A stretch of 64,000 nt of DNA from positions 1-64,000 of the IMG/VR virus record IMGVR_UViG_2832949849_000001, one strand, 5' to 3'. The notes below the pieces were generated by a model that worked only from the letters and a program-made list of their open reading frames with translations, was not told where the DNA came from and made no database searches. Numbering within the stretch: the first letter of the stretch is position 1; every line of letters begins with the position of its first letter. Source of the DNA: a virus (taxonomy: Duplodnaviria > Caudoviricetes). The translations under genes and the position numbers were made by a program. Positions 22,036-33,190 of the stretch are shown here, in pieces.

Positions 22036-22961
22036 GTTTTGCGCCCCCAAGATACAACATACTTGAATGTCATCGTTTGGGTACTGGTTTTAGACAAAGC
22101 CACATCAAAACCGATTTGGTACAAGCCCAAAGGCGTATAAATCAAAAATGATGACAAACTGCTATTGCCTTGGGCCACCGGCAAAGATACCGTGTGCACC
22201 ACTTGAAAAGAACCGCCAACATACGCTGCCATGGTATGGGTAATGGCAGTCGTACTCGACACCCATCGGTTTGTACCGCTTGGAATGTATTCAGCCGCAC
22301 CCATCGCGCCGCTATAAGCCGCCAACATATTGCCTGAAGTACTCACTGTCGCTCGCATTGAAGTGCCAATTTTGTAACTTGCGGCTTGGTTGACATTAGC
22401 TGGCCTAATCGTGTAATTGACTGTTTGCGACACTTGATCGCGATTCATAATGTTGATGCTGCCTGTTTGGTCGGTAGCGTTCGGATAAACACGAATCTCT
22501 ACTGTGACATCCAAATACTCATCTGCAAGCATGGTGATTGAAGTCGGATTGCCTTGTGCATCGGTAATCAATGCACGATTGATAATTGCCGATGATGTGT
22601 TGCCTGACAAAATACCTACTTCGGACAAAATGGTGTTATTGAAGACACCAGCGGCAAAGCGAAAGGTTTTGCGTGAAAAGCCATAATAAGGTACTTCGCT
22701 TGATACGCCATTAACAGTGCTGCCCTGCTGCGTTGTAGATGCCGCAAAACGAGCATCTAAATCGGTTTGCGTTACCACTGGCGTACTGTTTCCTGTACCC
22801 AAAGCAACACCCCCAAACCAACTACCAGCCGCCATTAAATCCAAACCGCTGTTTAAGACAATATTGTCCATCCAGTCGGTTTCTTGAGTGACTTCATGTG
22901 TAACAGTGTTGCGCTTGGTGAATTGAAAACGCCCCTGCACACCTATCGCAATATTCATCAT
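22032..22961 (-). CDS. Tail-fibre/receptor-binding-like protein (paralog B)
   Basis: TDW..NIVLN.GL, GTGNSTPVVTQTDL..RFAA, F.F.AGVFN...L.EVGI, C-terminal VSWGR. Confidence 0.55.
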   Translation of the reverse strand: MMNIAIGVQGRFQFTKRNTVTHEVTQETDWMDNIVLNSGLDLMAAGSWFGGVALGTGNSTPVVTQTDLDARFAASTTQQGSTVNGVSSEVPYYGFSRKTFRFAAGVFNNTILSEVGILSGNTSSAIINRALITDAQGNPTSITMLADEYLDVTVEIRVYPNATDQTGSINIMNRDQVSQTVNYTIRPANVNQAASYKIGTSMRATVSTSGNMLAAYSGAMGAAEYIPSGTNRWVSSTTAITHTMAAYVGGSFQVVHTVSLPVAQGNSSLSSFLIYTPLGLYQIGFDVALSKTSTQTMTFKYVVSWGRKT

Positions 22962-23914
22962 TCAACCACCCCTGTATATCTGCCCCAAGACACTGAAAAG
23001 AAAATAGTAAATATTTCATCAGCCGTTTTTGGATGGTCTCGTCTAATTGAAATTGAAATGCAATCATATAAGTTTCAAGTAAAAATGATTTTATTGCAGC
23101 GGCATTGCCAAGACTCAAAGGCACAACAATACGGAATCTAGCTGAATAACTATCATTAACATAAGAAAGATAGGTTTTACTTACGCTGGTATTAGAAGTC
23201 GAAAATATCGTACTACCGCTTGGATAACCCGTAAAATATTTGTAGACATTGAATTTGGATATGCTTGTAGGCCAAAGCCGTTACCACTTGAAAAACCACT
23301 TGATAGTGAATAAAAATAGATGTATTGATTTTAGATGGCAAACACTGATATGAATGAGAGCGAATCAAATGATTATTTTTATCTGTTAAATTAAAGCTTC
23401 CTGTTGTTGGTGTTTTTGACACATACATTCTCAATTCGACTTTAACATCAAGATATTCATCAGATTTGATTTGAATAGATGACGGTTGACCATTGGCATC
23501 TAAAATCAATGCACGATTGAAAAGCAATGCGCCTGTTTCATTCGTTGTAATACCAACCTCTGTTAAAACTTGGTCGTTAAAAACCCCAGCATTGAAACGA
23601 AATTGCTTAATTAATGACGCATACGGTACATCAGCATCAATAATGGTTTTAATATCACTACCTACTGCGGTTGTAGTGGCCGCAAAACGGGAATCTAAAT
23701 CGGTTTGCGTCACCACTGGCGTGCTGTTACCTGTGCCTACCGCCACACCAGAAAAAATATTTTTATTAAAAGCCAAATTCAAACCTTGGTTTAAGACAAT
23801 GTTGTTAAACCAGTCGGTTTGCTTAACCAGCTCACCAGTGCTTTGCTTATACACTTCCAATTTAAAACGTCCGCACATTTCAACTTTGGCTGAGAACTCA
23901 GGAATTGATGACAT
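22958..23914 (-). CDS. Tail-fibre/receptor-binding-like protein (paralog A), frameshifted
   Basis: Same N-terminal motifs as 22032-22961; downstream frame ends FSVSWGRYTGVVE. Confidence 0.55.
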
Positions 23915-23926
23915 ATATCATCCTTT

Positions 23927-24358
23927 CTAATCATCTATATGAAATTCTTGTATTAAGATGCTGCAACTTAATGCCTCGCTCTGAGCATCATTGGTAATCA
24001 AAACATTTTAAGTTGCGCACTTTCAATGGCAGCGTTGCTTGTAATGGCTTCTATTGGTGCTTCTTGATTAACCAACACATTTTAAGCTGTGCGCTTTGAA
24101 TGATGGCGCTGCTTGTAATGGCTTCTATTGACGCTTCTTGACTGACCAACACATTTTAAGCTGTGCGCTTTCAATGATGGCGCTACTTGTAATGGCTTCA
24201 GGCTCTATATTGTCCAGCGCCACCATCACATTTTTAATCTCAATCGATTGAATACTCACACTGGTTTGTAGCGCTTCAAATTCATCAGTTGGATAAGGTT
24301 TAGATGTCAGATACACAGCCTCTTCAACCTCAAACTTAACCACGGTTTCCCTGGTCAC
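23927..24358 (-). CDS. Small tail protein with ~25-aa repeats (frameshifted)
   Basis: YLTSKPYP, then repeats EAITSSAIIESAQLK. Confidence 0.45.
24003..24200. repeat. Three tandem 74-bp repeats
   Basis: ACATTTTAAG anchors at 24003, 24077 and 24151. Confidence 0.85.
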
Positions 24359-24961
24359 TGAAAGAAGTCGCTGTGTTGACCTATATTCACACCGCCATTC
24401 ACATCACGGCGCACCACAATGTCATGAATGAATAAACGTGCTGGCAAAGTGTCGTCTAATGAATTGGCAACATCGCTAGGGATTGCATCAACTGGCGTTA
24501 AGTCAGGACTCAATTCAATGCGAACCCGTGACGTTAAAACAAAATCTTCTGCTGACCGCCCCATTTCTTCAATGTCCGTCGGTGAAAACAAAGAAGCGTC
24601 CTGAGCGTAAACCCATCTTTAACAAATACAGCTGATACGCCTTGTAATCGTCTCGCCAAAGCGCACGTAAATAGGTATTGAGTAAATGCAAGCCTCGTTT
24701 GCCATTGCGATAACGACGTGCCATGTGCAAATATTTCAGGACGCTTAAATCAACATTCTCTGCTTCAAAATTACCGATACCATCAGCAACCAAGCTTTTT
24801 TGAAGCAAATCACGGTTGCCCAAGTAAGGCGTACCATAAACATTGATGTTTTGTGCCGCATCTGCCAAATGCGTTTGATACAAAGCCACAAACACTTGCT
24901 TGAGTTCGGTTTCAAAAGCATCGTGTTCATGCGATTGTTGTAAGGGAATCAGCGCTTTCAT
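24355..24961 (-). CDS. Baseplate wedge protein (gpI-like), frameshift near 24610
   Basis: INVYGTP.LG, N.KRGLH.L.TYL.ALW, LTSRVRI; follows the J-like gene. Confidence 0.55.
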
Positions 24962-24963
24962 GG

Positions 24964-26373
24964 CTAGATCGGTGTATTAGTGATGCTGATGGATGCAGCA
25001 CTCACATATTGAAATACTTCAGGCAAGTGATTTTGTGGCTGCTCAATCACCATAGACAAATCACTACCTCCATCAGCAAATTGGGCAATCGCTTTGGTCA
25101 ATTCACGCACCGTATTGCGGTTGTTAATACGTTGCCCACCTCGTTTTGCCCACAAGGAATCGCGCCCGTATTGATTCAACAACCACAATTTGATTTGTTG
25201 GCTGACATCGCCCTCGTCATACATGGATTTCAACTGCAAAGCCACTTGAATGTGAATGGCTTGTTCTACCGCAGGGACAAACACCAATTGGTAACTGTCA
25301 TCCGCCATAAATACGGTATTTTTGATTTGGGTTTGCATCGCAGTGGTATTGATGCCTGACTTGATGAAAGAAACAAACAACTTGTTGATGTTGTTTACAT
25401 TGGCACCACGAGCTTGCTCTTCCCGAATCTCATTCCATACCGATAAAAAGACAAAAGGACTGTGTTTGCGCTCAATCAGAGCTTGAAATTCGCCCAGATA
25501 CACCGCGTTTTCATCGTAAATCGACGGATAACGAGTGATTTCACGCAATTCAGTGATATTGGGCGCATCAGAACCGGCCTGAATTTGACTGTCGGCATAA
25601 ATGCTCAAATATTCTTCACCAGCTTGTACATATTCCAAACTCAACTCTGAATCTTGTTTGAGCACCACATCGCCATGGGTGTAACGCAATGTGACTTTGA
25701 TTTGTTCACCGACTTGCGGTACATAACCAAACTTGTCTTTTAAGCCAAAAGTGACAAATAAATCCATGATTTCATTGCCGTGCAAATGCCAGACTTTTTG
25801 ACCTTTCAACACATTACTAAAGCGCTCTACATGCTCAAACAAAGCACCAGCAACATCGTTTACTTGCACATTCAGTAAAAATTGATTGTCAGCCGGTTGT
25901 GGCAAGGCAATTTGGTAAAAGGATTCATATTCAGTGACGGTGTGAACAAAGTGCATTTCATCCAATTGCTCGGCTTCAACATAAGCTTGGCCCTTGGCAG
26001 GCACCACCACACCATCGGTTACCATCCAAGTGCGGTTGCGATTGTCCAATAAGCGGCGCCCTGCATGGATTGTGGTAGCCATGTCTTGTGGATTGTGTAT
26101 GGCAAAACGGTATTTAGAAGCGGTCCCATAAGGAAAGATTTGACGGGCGGCAGCATCGGCAAGCACCATTGAGTCCCGCGCTTTGGTCCAAAACTCAGTT
26201 TCACCCAAGCCAATTTGAGACGATAACATGGCCAGCATTTGTGCTATGGCACCGATGTGCTCGATCACAAACACATCGCCCATGGCCACACGCTCAGCCA
26301 ATTCGGTATCACTGCCTACCAACATGCGCAATGCGGCTTCTTTGAAGTCTTCCTTACTGTAAACGTCGCTCAT
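24964..26373 (-). CDS. Baseplate wedge J-like protein
   Basis: 469 aa; ARDS.VLADA, FG....FG..P..G, G.D.P...ELR. Confidence 0.7.
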   Translation of the reverse strand: MSDVYSKEDFKEAALRMLVGSDTELAERVAMGDVFVIEHIGAIAQMLAMLSSQIGLGETEFWTKARDSMVLADAAARQIFPYGTASKYRFAIHNPQDMATTIHAGRRLLDNRNRTWMVTDGVVVPAKGQAYVEAEQLDEMHFVHTVTEYESFYQIALPQPADNQFLLNVQVNDVAGALFEHVERFSNVLKGQKVWHLHGNEIMDLFVTFGLKDKFGYVPQVGEQIKVTLRYTHGDVVLKQDSELSLEYVQAGEEYLSIYADSQIQAGSDAPNITELREITRYPSIYDENAVYLGEFQALIERKHSPFVFLSVWNEIREEQARGANVNNINKLFVSFIKSGINTTAMQTQIKNTVFMADDSYQLVFVPAVEQAIHIQVALQLKSMYDEGDVSQQIKLWLLNQYGRDSLWAKRGGQRINNRNTVRELTKAIAQFADGGSDLSMVIEQPQNHLPEVFQYVSAASISITNTPI

Positions 26374-26402
26374 AAAAAAAGCCTGAAAATGGATTCAGGC
26401 TT

Positions 26403-26443
26403 ATTATCAGGCTGTTTATAACGCTATTTTCGAGGCGTTCCCT
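26403..26443 (-). promoter_or_regulatory. Putative late promoter (baseplate/fibre operon)
   Basis: AGGGAAC-N28-GATAAT followed by a hairpin plus T-tract. Confidence 0.75.
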
Positions 26444-26491
26444 AACCTATCTTTTTTAATAAAAATATTTCATGTTTTACAATGATGAGAT

Positions 26492-27599
26492 TTATTGTGA
26501 CTTTAGGGTTAATACCTTTGTTTGGCGTAAACGTTGAATGGTGTGAATAAACAAAAATGCCAATAATATAATCCCAACATAACCGTTAATAACATAAATT
26601 ATATTGACCAAACGATCAAATGGAATTTTCATTCCAACAAAAACACCTATTACGGTTAAAACTATTGTTAAAATTTTAAAACCAATTGACCTACCATTAG
26701 TAAAACGAGCCGAAGCCTGCCATAACAAAGGTACTGCTGTCGTATAAATACCAGCTAAAACAATGACAGAAAATGCTGTAGCAAACATAGGATGGATATA
26801 ACCAGCTAACTTCAAAGTAGGGACCATAGAACCTGCTACCAATTCTAAATTAGCCATTAAACCCAAAGCAATAATGGCTAATGCCGCACTGAAACCTAAC
26901 GCACCTAAAACTGCACCACGAGTAATTTCTTTTAAATTCTTGGCGGATGAACCCATTAAGCTCATGAAACCAGCTAACCACAACATACAGAATCCTACAT
27001 AAGAAGTGGCTGCAAAAAACCAATGACCCGACGCAGTCATCAAATTTAAACTCGGTAAAATCTCATTAACGGATACCAAGCCATCTGGATTTTGGCCATG
27101 GCAATTCCGCCTAAAATGATTGTTAATACTACAATAGCAGGACCCACTTTACCTAAAACATCGACAATTTTATCTAAGCCACAGATAACTGTTAACGCTA
27201 CGACAAAGCCCATGCCCAAGGCACCAATCCAAGGATTCAAATCATATTGTTGTGATACAGTTGCTCCAGTGCCACCAATCATTACAATAAATGACATATA
27301 AATAAACAAAATAGAAAAATAATCGAAGAATCGACCTAGCCACCGTCCACATAAATATTCATAAATTTGACCACCATTTTCAAAGCGTTGATGATTACCA
27401 ATAATGACAAATTCACGTCCTACATAACAAAATAACACTAATACTACCAATATGCCTGAGATACCTGAATAACCGTAAGCCGTAAAATATTGCATTACTT
27501 CTTGACCAGTAGCGAAACCTGAACCAATCAAAAAGCGATGAAGGCGCCTGCATAAGTAAGAACACGCCCCCAAGAAATATGTGTTTGCGTTTGTGTCAT
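26492..27599 (-). CDS. YkvI-like membrane transporter (moron), frameshifted
   Basis: IGSGFATGQEVMQYF motif, about 10 TM helices, AT-rich with its own upstream region. Confidence 0.75.
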
Positions 27600-27796
27600 A
27601 GATTTGCCTTAGAGTTGGGTAATGAATGGATTGGTAATCTAAAGTGTTTTAATCAATCTTGAATGTATATTTTCGACATAATATTGTCATAAATTTATAT
27701 TTATGTTGTTAATATATAACCAAAAAATTTTATTTTATAAATAATTATGTTTTTCGATAAGAATTTATGCATATTCTATAGAAATAGAAATAGAAA

Positions 27797-28129
27797 TTAT
27801 CTTTTTGTATCTTTTATTGCTAAGTGATTCAAATCAAACTCCAACGCATAGCCTTGCACTTCAATCACAATGATTTTGCTGTCAAAACCATCGTTGCGGC
27901 TGTAAATATTCAAACTGTCTTCGGCAACACTGCCCAACACAGGAACGTCGGCACGCATTTTGGCAATGATTTCATCGGCCATTTGGTGGGTCATGGGCTT
28001 ATGCAAATACTGGTACAAATCAATGCCGTAATTGCTGCCCAAATAAGCGTTTTGTGGTGTGTGTATCCAATGGTTGATTTGGCCCAAGATGAATTGTGCG
28101 GTAATTGATTGGCCATGGTTTACATCCAA
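27797..28129 (-). CDS. Baseplate gpW/gp25-like protein
   Basis: HW..TP.N.YLGS.YG pattern, 110 aa. Confidence 0.55.
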   Translation of the reverse strand: MDVNHGQSITAQFILGQINHWIHTPQNAYLGSNYGIDLYQYLHKPMTHQMADEIIAKMRADVPVLGSVAEDSLNIYSRNDGFDSKIIVIEVQGYALEFDLNHLAIKDTKR

Positions 28130-29007
28130 GTGGGCATGAAGGTGGATTCTTGTACAAAGCGCAATGACACTTGTTCCAAAGCTTCTTCAGAGCGGTCCAA
28201 ATCGCTTTGGCTCCCTGCTATCATCATGGTGTAAGTCTCATTGTAAAATTGCTTGTAGGCTTTGTTGGTACCGTAAATCACTTTCACATCAAAACAGTGA
28301 TAATAAGGCGGCATCACCGTGCCATCACTTGGGGTTTGGTACAAAGCCTTGCGCTTGGCCCAATCCTTAACAATGCCCGTCATGGTGTCGTAAACGCTCA
28401 AAGTCATCTCTGTGAGCCCGTTCTGAGTCGGAATATTCATGGTACCTGAGCCAATTTGAATCTGTTCTGCACTGATTTCAATCGGATTGAACGACAAATT
28501 GGTGGTAAACAAATTGAACAAGCTGCGATTACCATCGCTGCCCTCAGTGGGTGCTTGCCCTGAGCGGTCATTGATTTGCAACACATAGAAATTTTTACGC
28601 GACAATTCATCTGCACGGGTTTCTTCAATGATTTGTTTCATATCATTCAGTGACAAGCCACCTGCAAAATGCAAATCTTGATCACTGCGGGCTTGATGGC
28701 CAAAATTGCTCAAGCCCAAAGCCGACAACACCTTGCCAGCACTTTGGTTGATGGTCTCATCCACTTGGTAACCCAAGTTTTGAATCGCTGCATTGGCGCG
28801 TTTGTTGATTTCAGTAGCAGCCATACCAATGGCGGCATTGGCCAAATTACCTGCCACTGTTTGGCTCAAAGCACCTGACACCTTGCCATTGATGGCTTGG
28901 GTAGCAGCACCACCCAAAGCTGTAGTTGCACTGCCAATCACCCCTGACAGCAAACCACTGGCCGTGGTGGTGATGTTACTGAATAAGCTGGGTTGGTAAA
29001 TCGACAT
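28120..29007 (-). CDS. Tail tube/baseplate-associated protein
   Basis: Ala/Gly-rich N-terminus, tube-like C-terminus (DGTV.PP); position in the tail operon. Confidence 0.45.
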   Translation of the reverse strand: MSIYQPSLFSNITTTASGLLSGVIGSATTALGGAATQAINGKVSGALSQTVAGNLANAAIGMAATEINKRANAAIQNLGYQVDETINQSAGKVLSALGLSNFGHQARSDQDLHFAGGLSLNDMKQIIEETRADELSRKNFYVLQINDRSGQAPTEGSDGNRSLFNLFTTNLSFNPIEISAEQIQIGSGTMNIPTQNGLTEMTLSVYDTMTGIVKDWAKRKALYQTPSDGTVMPPYYHCFDVKVIYGTNKAYKQFYNETYTMMIAGSQSDLDRSEEALEQVSLRFVQESTFMPTWM

Positions 29008-29024
29008 AAAGCGTCCTGTAAACA

Positions 29025-29437
29025 TCAAACAGTGATGATGGGCATTCTAAATGCCAAACGGCGCAATTGATCATTGCGGTAAGCGGTGATGTCTTGCTCA
29101 ATCTCGCTCGATGTGCGCCCAAACAATTCGTGCATGTGGTTTTTACTCGCCTCTTGTACCAAAGCTTCTTGGCGCTCGACATAAAATATGCCAAAGGTTT
29201 GATGATGCCCCATTCAGATGCACTCAAAGTGGTATTGGCATTGACCACCACTTCATCGCTGACCCACTCTGAAACCTCACCCACTGTTTGCAAACGTGGC
29301 TGCTCTACTTTCAAAGCCGCCCATGCTTGATATTCATGCACCGCTTCAATGAACAAAGCTTCTAAAGAAACTTCGTCCAGAAGCGTGGTGACATGGGTGT
29401 CGCGGTATTCAGTTACCAAAGAAGTGATGGTCAGCAT
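29025..29437 (-). CDS. Hypothetical structural protein, frameshift near 29185
   Basis: EWGIIKPL plus YVER.EAL..EAS...FGRTSSEI in adjacent frames. Confidence 0.45.
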
Positions 29438-29934
29438 CAGATATTGCCTTTCTTGCTGCCAAAACAGTGGTAAGCAATGCTACCTGCGTATTGCATAATT
29501 TGGGTACGGTTCTCGCCATCGATTTCAGGTGGCTCAAAACCATGTAACAAAGCTGAAATACATGGCCATTTGCGCACATGCTCTTCCACAGTGCCTTGAT
29601 AAATGGTGAAATTGAACTTGGTTCGATGGGTAATACTGCGTTCATAAGCCACTGCTTCGAACAGTTCCAAAGCATGACCTGGCACCGTTTCAGTAATGGT
29701 CAAACCATGTGAAAAGTCGGTTTTAGCCATTGGGCTGGTATGAGTGACAATACCACCTGCTAAAAACACATCGATTTTGTCTTCTGCTGATGCCAAAGGC
29801 AATGCAAAGCCTTTGGTTAAAAATTTCAGGTGTTCATAACCTTCAATCACCATCAAATACTCGCTGGCAATGGCGATTTCGCCCAAAGCGGTGACTTGAT
29901 TGATGGCAGCCTGTTGCTGTTTTAAATTGAACAT
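29437..29934 (-). CDS. Putative tail tube protein
   Basis: About 165 aa downstream of the sheath; ID.ENR.Q.M...G.I.Y..FG end. Confidence 0.5.
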   Translation of the reverse strand: MFNLKQQQAAINQVTALGEIAIASEYLMVIEGYEHLKFLTKGFALPLASAEDKIDVFLAGGIVTHTSPMAKTDFSHGLTITETVPGHALELFEAVAYERSITHRTKFNFTIYQGTVEEHVRKWPCISALLHGFEPPEIDGENRTQIMQYAGSIAYHCFGSKKGNI

Positions 29935-29944
29935 GGGTTTGCCT

Positions 29945-30850
29945 TTATTGGAATAAACGGGATACAGCGCTGGCGGTATTGTCAAACAAGGTATTCACCG
30001 CGCTGTGACCGATATTTTGCAAGTCTTTTTGATCCCAACTTCGGTGCGTTCCCAAACTGATTTGAACCGTGGCATACACATCACCAAAGCTGGAATAAGG
30101 ATTGATCAAAGGGCGTGAAATGCTTTCAATCACCAGTGGCTTGTAAGTCTCACCTTTGTAAGTCAAAGACACATACGTCGGGGCAATGGTCGGAAACAAG
30201 GTTTCAATCAGTTTTTTCATGCCATCAGTGGTGGATGTCACGCCAGTTTGAGCCGCTTCTTCAGTGGATTGCACCGCTGCTGTGATCATGTCTTCGGCCA
30301 TTTCGGCGGGATAACCCATGGCCCACAAGGTTTTGATGGGCTTGGTCACTTCTGATACTGGGTCTTGGTAGGCACGAAATGCCAAAGTCAGCTCAAACTT
30401 AATCGGCTCATGTCCGACAAATACCTGACGGCTATTAAGTTTGGTAATGCCGCTGCGTCCTTCGGCTGCACCCATGACTTCAGACAATGGCCGCACAATA
30501 CCTGCCACCGATTCACCCGTTGCCCCACCGTATTCTTCCATCTTGCTTGCCAACAATTGTGTTACTTGTTCTGCCTGTCCTGATTGCAAACGTGCAGCCA
30601 AGGTTGGATTTTTGGATTCTAGTGGGACGTTTTCAAATGGAGACTGCCAATTGAATTGTTGTTGCATGTCGGCGCTATCAATTAAAGGCGCTGAAACGGC
30701 TATCGCGCCAGCAATCGGATTGCCATCTTTGTCGCAAGGCATGATGGTGGCAAACAAATTGGCATTCAAAGAACCCCAATTGGACTTCATGGTGTACTTT
30801 TGCTGCAAAACCTCAACACCAGCAGCCACCAAATCATTGAACCACGTCAT
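29945..30850 (-). CDS. Tail tube initiator/baseplate protein
   Basis: NWQSPFE, TKLNS.QVF.G..P, F.A..DP..EV. Confidence 0.45.
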   Translation of the reverse strand: MTWFNDLVAAGVEVLQQKYTMKSNWGSLNANLFATIMPCDKDGNPIAGAIAVSAPLIDSADMQQQFNWQSPFENVPLESKNPTLAARLQSGQAEQVTQLLASKMEEYGGATGESVAGIVRPLSEVMGAAEGRSGITKLNSRQVFVGHEPIKFELTLAFRAYQDPVSEVTKPIKTLWAMGYPAEMAEDMITAAVQSTEEAAQTGVTSTTDGMKKLIETLFPTIAPTYVSLTYKGETYKPLVIESISRPLINPYSSFGDVYATVQISLGTHRSWDQKDLQNIGHSAVNTLFDNTASAVSRLFQ

Positions 30851-30871
30851 GCCCTACGCTCCTATAAAACC

Positions 30872-31564
30872 TTACATGCCCATTTTGGCGCGTTTGCGCA
30901 TTGATTTGGCGCGTTTCATACGTGCCGCGCCGTTATGTGATTTACGCTGTGCTTTTTTGATGGCTTGCTTTTGGGCTGCCGTCAAACGCACTTTGCCACT
31001 GATGCGTTTTTTGATTTTAACCTTTTGGCCATTTCGCACCGCCACCACTTTTTTGTAAGTGGCATCCATAACCGCACTGTCCATCGCTGCACCCAAACCC
31101 GCAAATTCATTGATGGCCTCCTGAATGGCATCATCACCATCTGGCAACACACCAGTCAGCAAATCAATGATGTTTTCAGCCACATCGTCGTCATCGTCGT
31201 TCAACAAAGCATCAATGTCAGCATTGACCACACCTTGCAATTGCAGCCACTCGGCGGCCACACTCAATGCCATGTCCAAATAATCGGATTCATCACTGCT
31301 GATGTCACCATCTTTGTCCAAATCCACAATGCCCATGAACAAAGCGTTCAAACGATCAGTTGGGGTTTCACCTTCTTGCAAGTCATCGGTTTCCGCCCAA
31401 GCAATCAAGGCACTGGCGACCAACAAACGCAAATTGGTCAATTCATATTGGCTTGCTGCATCTTTGGCTTCGACCACCACACTATCAAACACCACTTGGG
31501 CATTGTGCGGCACCATCGGTTGCGTGACTTGATGTGCCAAATCGTTTAAGTAATTTTCAATCAT
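30872..31564 (-). CDS. Prohead core-like protein
   Basis: Acidic body, very basic tail KAQRKSHNGAARMKRAKSMRKRAKMGM reminiscent of T4 gp68. Confidence 0.45.
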   Translation of the reverse strand: MIENYLNDLAHQVTQPMVPHNAQVVFDSVVVEAKDAASQYELTNLRLLVASALIAWAETDDLQEGETPTDRLNALFMGIVDLDKDGDISSDESDYLDMALSVAAEWLQLQGVVNADIDALLNDDDDDVAENIIDLLTGVLPDGDDAIQEAINEFAGLGAAMDSAVMDATYKKVVAVRNGQKVKIKKRISGKVRLTAAQKQAIKKAQRKSHNGAARMKRAKSMRKRAKMGM

Positions 31565-31575
31565 CGTGTTTCCCT

Positions 31576-33186
31576 TCAATCAATCGAGTACATATTGGTA
31601 TCAATGAAGATGCGGCGTACCACACCATTGATGGCCAAGTTGATGGTCACATCCATCTCGTCATCCGGATAACGTTCATTCGGACGCACCACATAGCCAA
31701 AAGCCGCACCATCTAAAGACGCACTTGGCACCAACCAATCAGACGCTTGCGCCCATTCGCACACACGCTGCAATTGGTCTTCCATTGCGCGAATGGCATC
31801 AGTCATAGGCTTTTGCAACACACTTTTGGCATAACGACCAAAATAATGTTGAAACCAAATGGCAATCTCAGCCGCACTTTCCAACTTGGAAATGCCTGAT
31901 TTATTGGCACCCGACAAAGAATCTGCCCATACATAACCACTGGTATCATGGTATTCCTGGTAAAGACAAGGATTGATTTTGGCTTCTGCCAATTGCGCCA
32001 ATTCCAAATCGTTCGGATATTGGGTTTGATTGAATTTGGTACCAATCAACTGGTAATCTCGTCCCGCAATCGGTTGCTGTAAAGCAGGCATCCCGTAAGC
32101 GTTGTAAGTGGCATTGCGAGCACAAGCCAAACCTACTTTTTGACCAACAGACGACATCAACACAATGCCGTTTTTGTAAGTCGGGTCTTGACGCTCAAGC
32201 GGTGACCATAACCAACCGACATACATTGCCTCTTGGTCATCAATTTCAAACTGGTCTTTCCACGCAATCGCCGCTTCAGGTGACAACATGCCATCAATGG
32301 CTTGGTACATGCGGCGGTTTTGAGCAATCGCTACTTGGGTTAAAGCAAACACCAAAGCCACATGATTGGTATCCGACATGATGTAGCGGTATTGCAAAGA
32401 AGTATTGCCAATTTGATTGGCAGCCGCCACGTATTGGATATCTGCCAACACACCTGCATCGGTATAAGGCACCACAGCTTTGGCTTGTTTGGCAGCAAAC
32501 AACGCATCATCAGGTAAAATCGCATGGGCATCATGATTGACCTCAATGCTCAACCAATCACCGTAATAACGTTGTGCCACATCGGCAATGAAATAAGACT
32601 GATTCAAGTCATCAGTGGCATCCACATCTGTGGAGCCAGTGACGGTGTACAACACATCCCCCGTACCCACTTCAACCCCGCGGCTGTTAGTCTTGCGCTC
32701 ACGTACCACCAAACTGATTTCAGTATTGTTTTTGCCTTTTTCAAACGACACCCACACACCAGCATTGATACAGTCCGCCAATTTAACCGCCATGAACCAC
32801 GTGCCTGAGATTGGGACTTCTTCAACCAAACTGATTTGTGATTCTTCAGCATGGCTCAATAAAATCCATTGATTCGAAGCCGCATCACTGGCCAAACGCA
32901 TCACTACTGCAGCTGCTGCACCACGACTGAAAGCTTCAACCATTTGCAAATACGTACTGGCCGTTTGGGTCTTGCGCAAAGACTGCGGCTCACCCAAATA
33001 ACGTTTCATTTTGCTGGCAGCCACCAACATGGGTTTGTCTATGCGTCCACGAGTGAACACACCCACAGTGGCAAAGGTTTGGTCCCCTGTTTCTTGCAAC
33101 AAACGTTCGGTACGGTCATAAGGAATATTGACTTGTACGCCTGACTGTTGACCCACTAATTGGCGTTGATAAGTATTTTGTGCCAT
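31576..33186 (-). CDS. Tail sheath protein
   Basis: 536 aa; G.FTRGRIDKP, L..AKINP, C-terminal G.VRRI. Confidence 0.75.
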   Translation of the reverse strand: MAQNTYQRQLVGQQSGVQVNIPYDRTERLLQETGDQTFATVGVFTRGRIDKPMLVAASKMKRYLGEPQSLRKTQTASTYLQMVEAFSRGAAAAVVMRLASDAASNQWILLSHAEESQISLVEEVPISGTWFMAVKLADCINAGVWVSFEKGKNNTEISLVVRERKTNSRGVEVGTGDVLYTVTGSTDVDATDDLNQSYFIADVAQRYYGDWLSIEVNHDAHAILPDDALFAAKQAKAVVPYTDAGVLADIQYVAAANQIGNTSLQYRYIMSDTNHVALVFALTQVAIAQNRRMYQAIDGMLSPEAAIAWKDQFEIDDQEAMYVGWLWSPLERQDPTYKNGIVLMSSVGQKVGLACARNATYNAYGMPALQQPIAGRDYQLIGTKFNQTQYPNDLELAQLAEAKINPCLYQEYHDTSGYVWADSLSGANKSGISKLESAAEIAIWFQHYFGRYAKSVLQKPMTDAIRAMEDQLQRVCEWAQASDWLVPSASLDGAAFGYVVRPNERYPDDEMDVTINLAINGVVRRIFIDTNMYSID

Positions 33187-33190
33187 AAAG

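Noticed and set aside
24003-24160. Programmed frameshifting in the 74-bp repeats
   Set aside because: No slippery heptamer or stimulatory structure; homopolymer error is simpler
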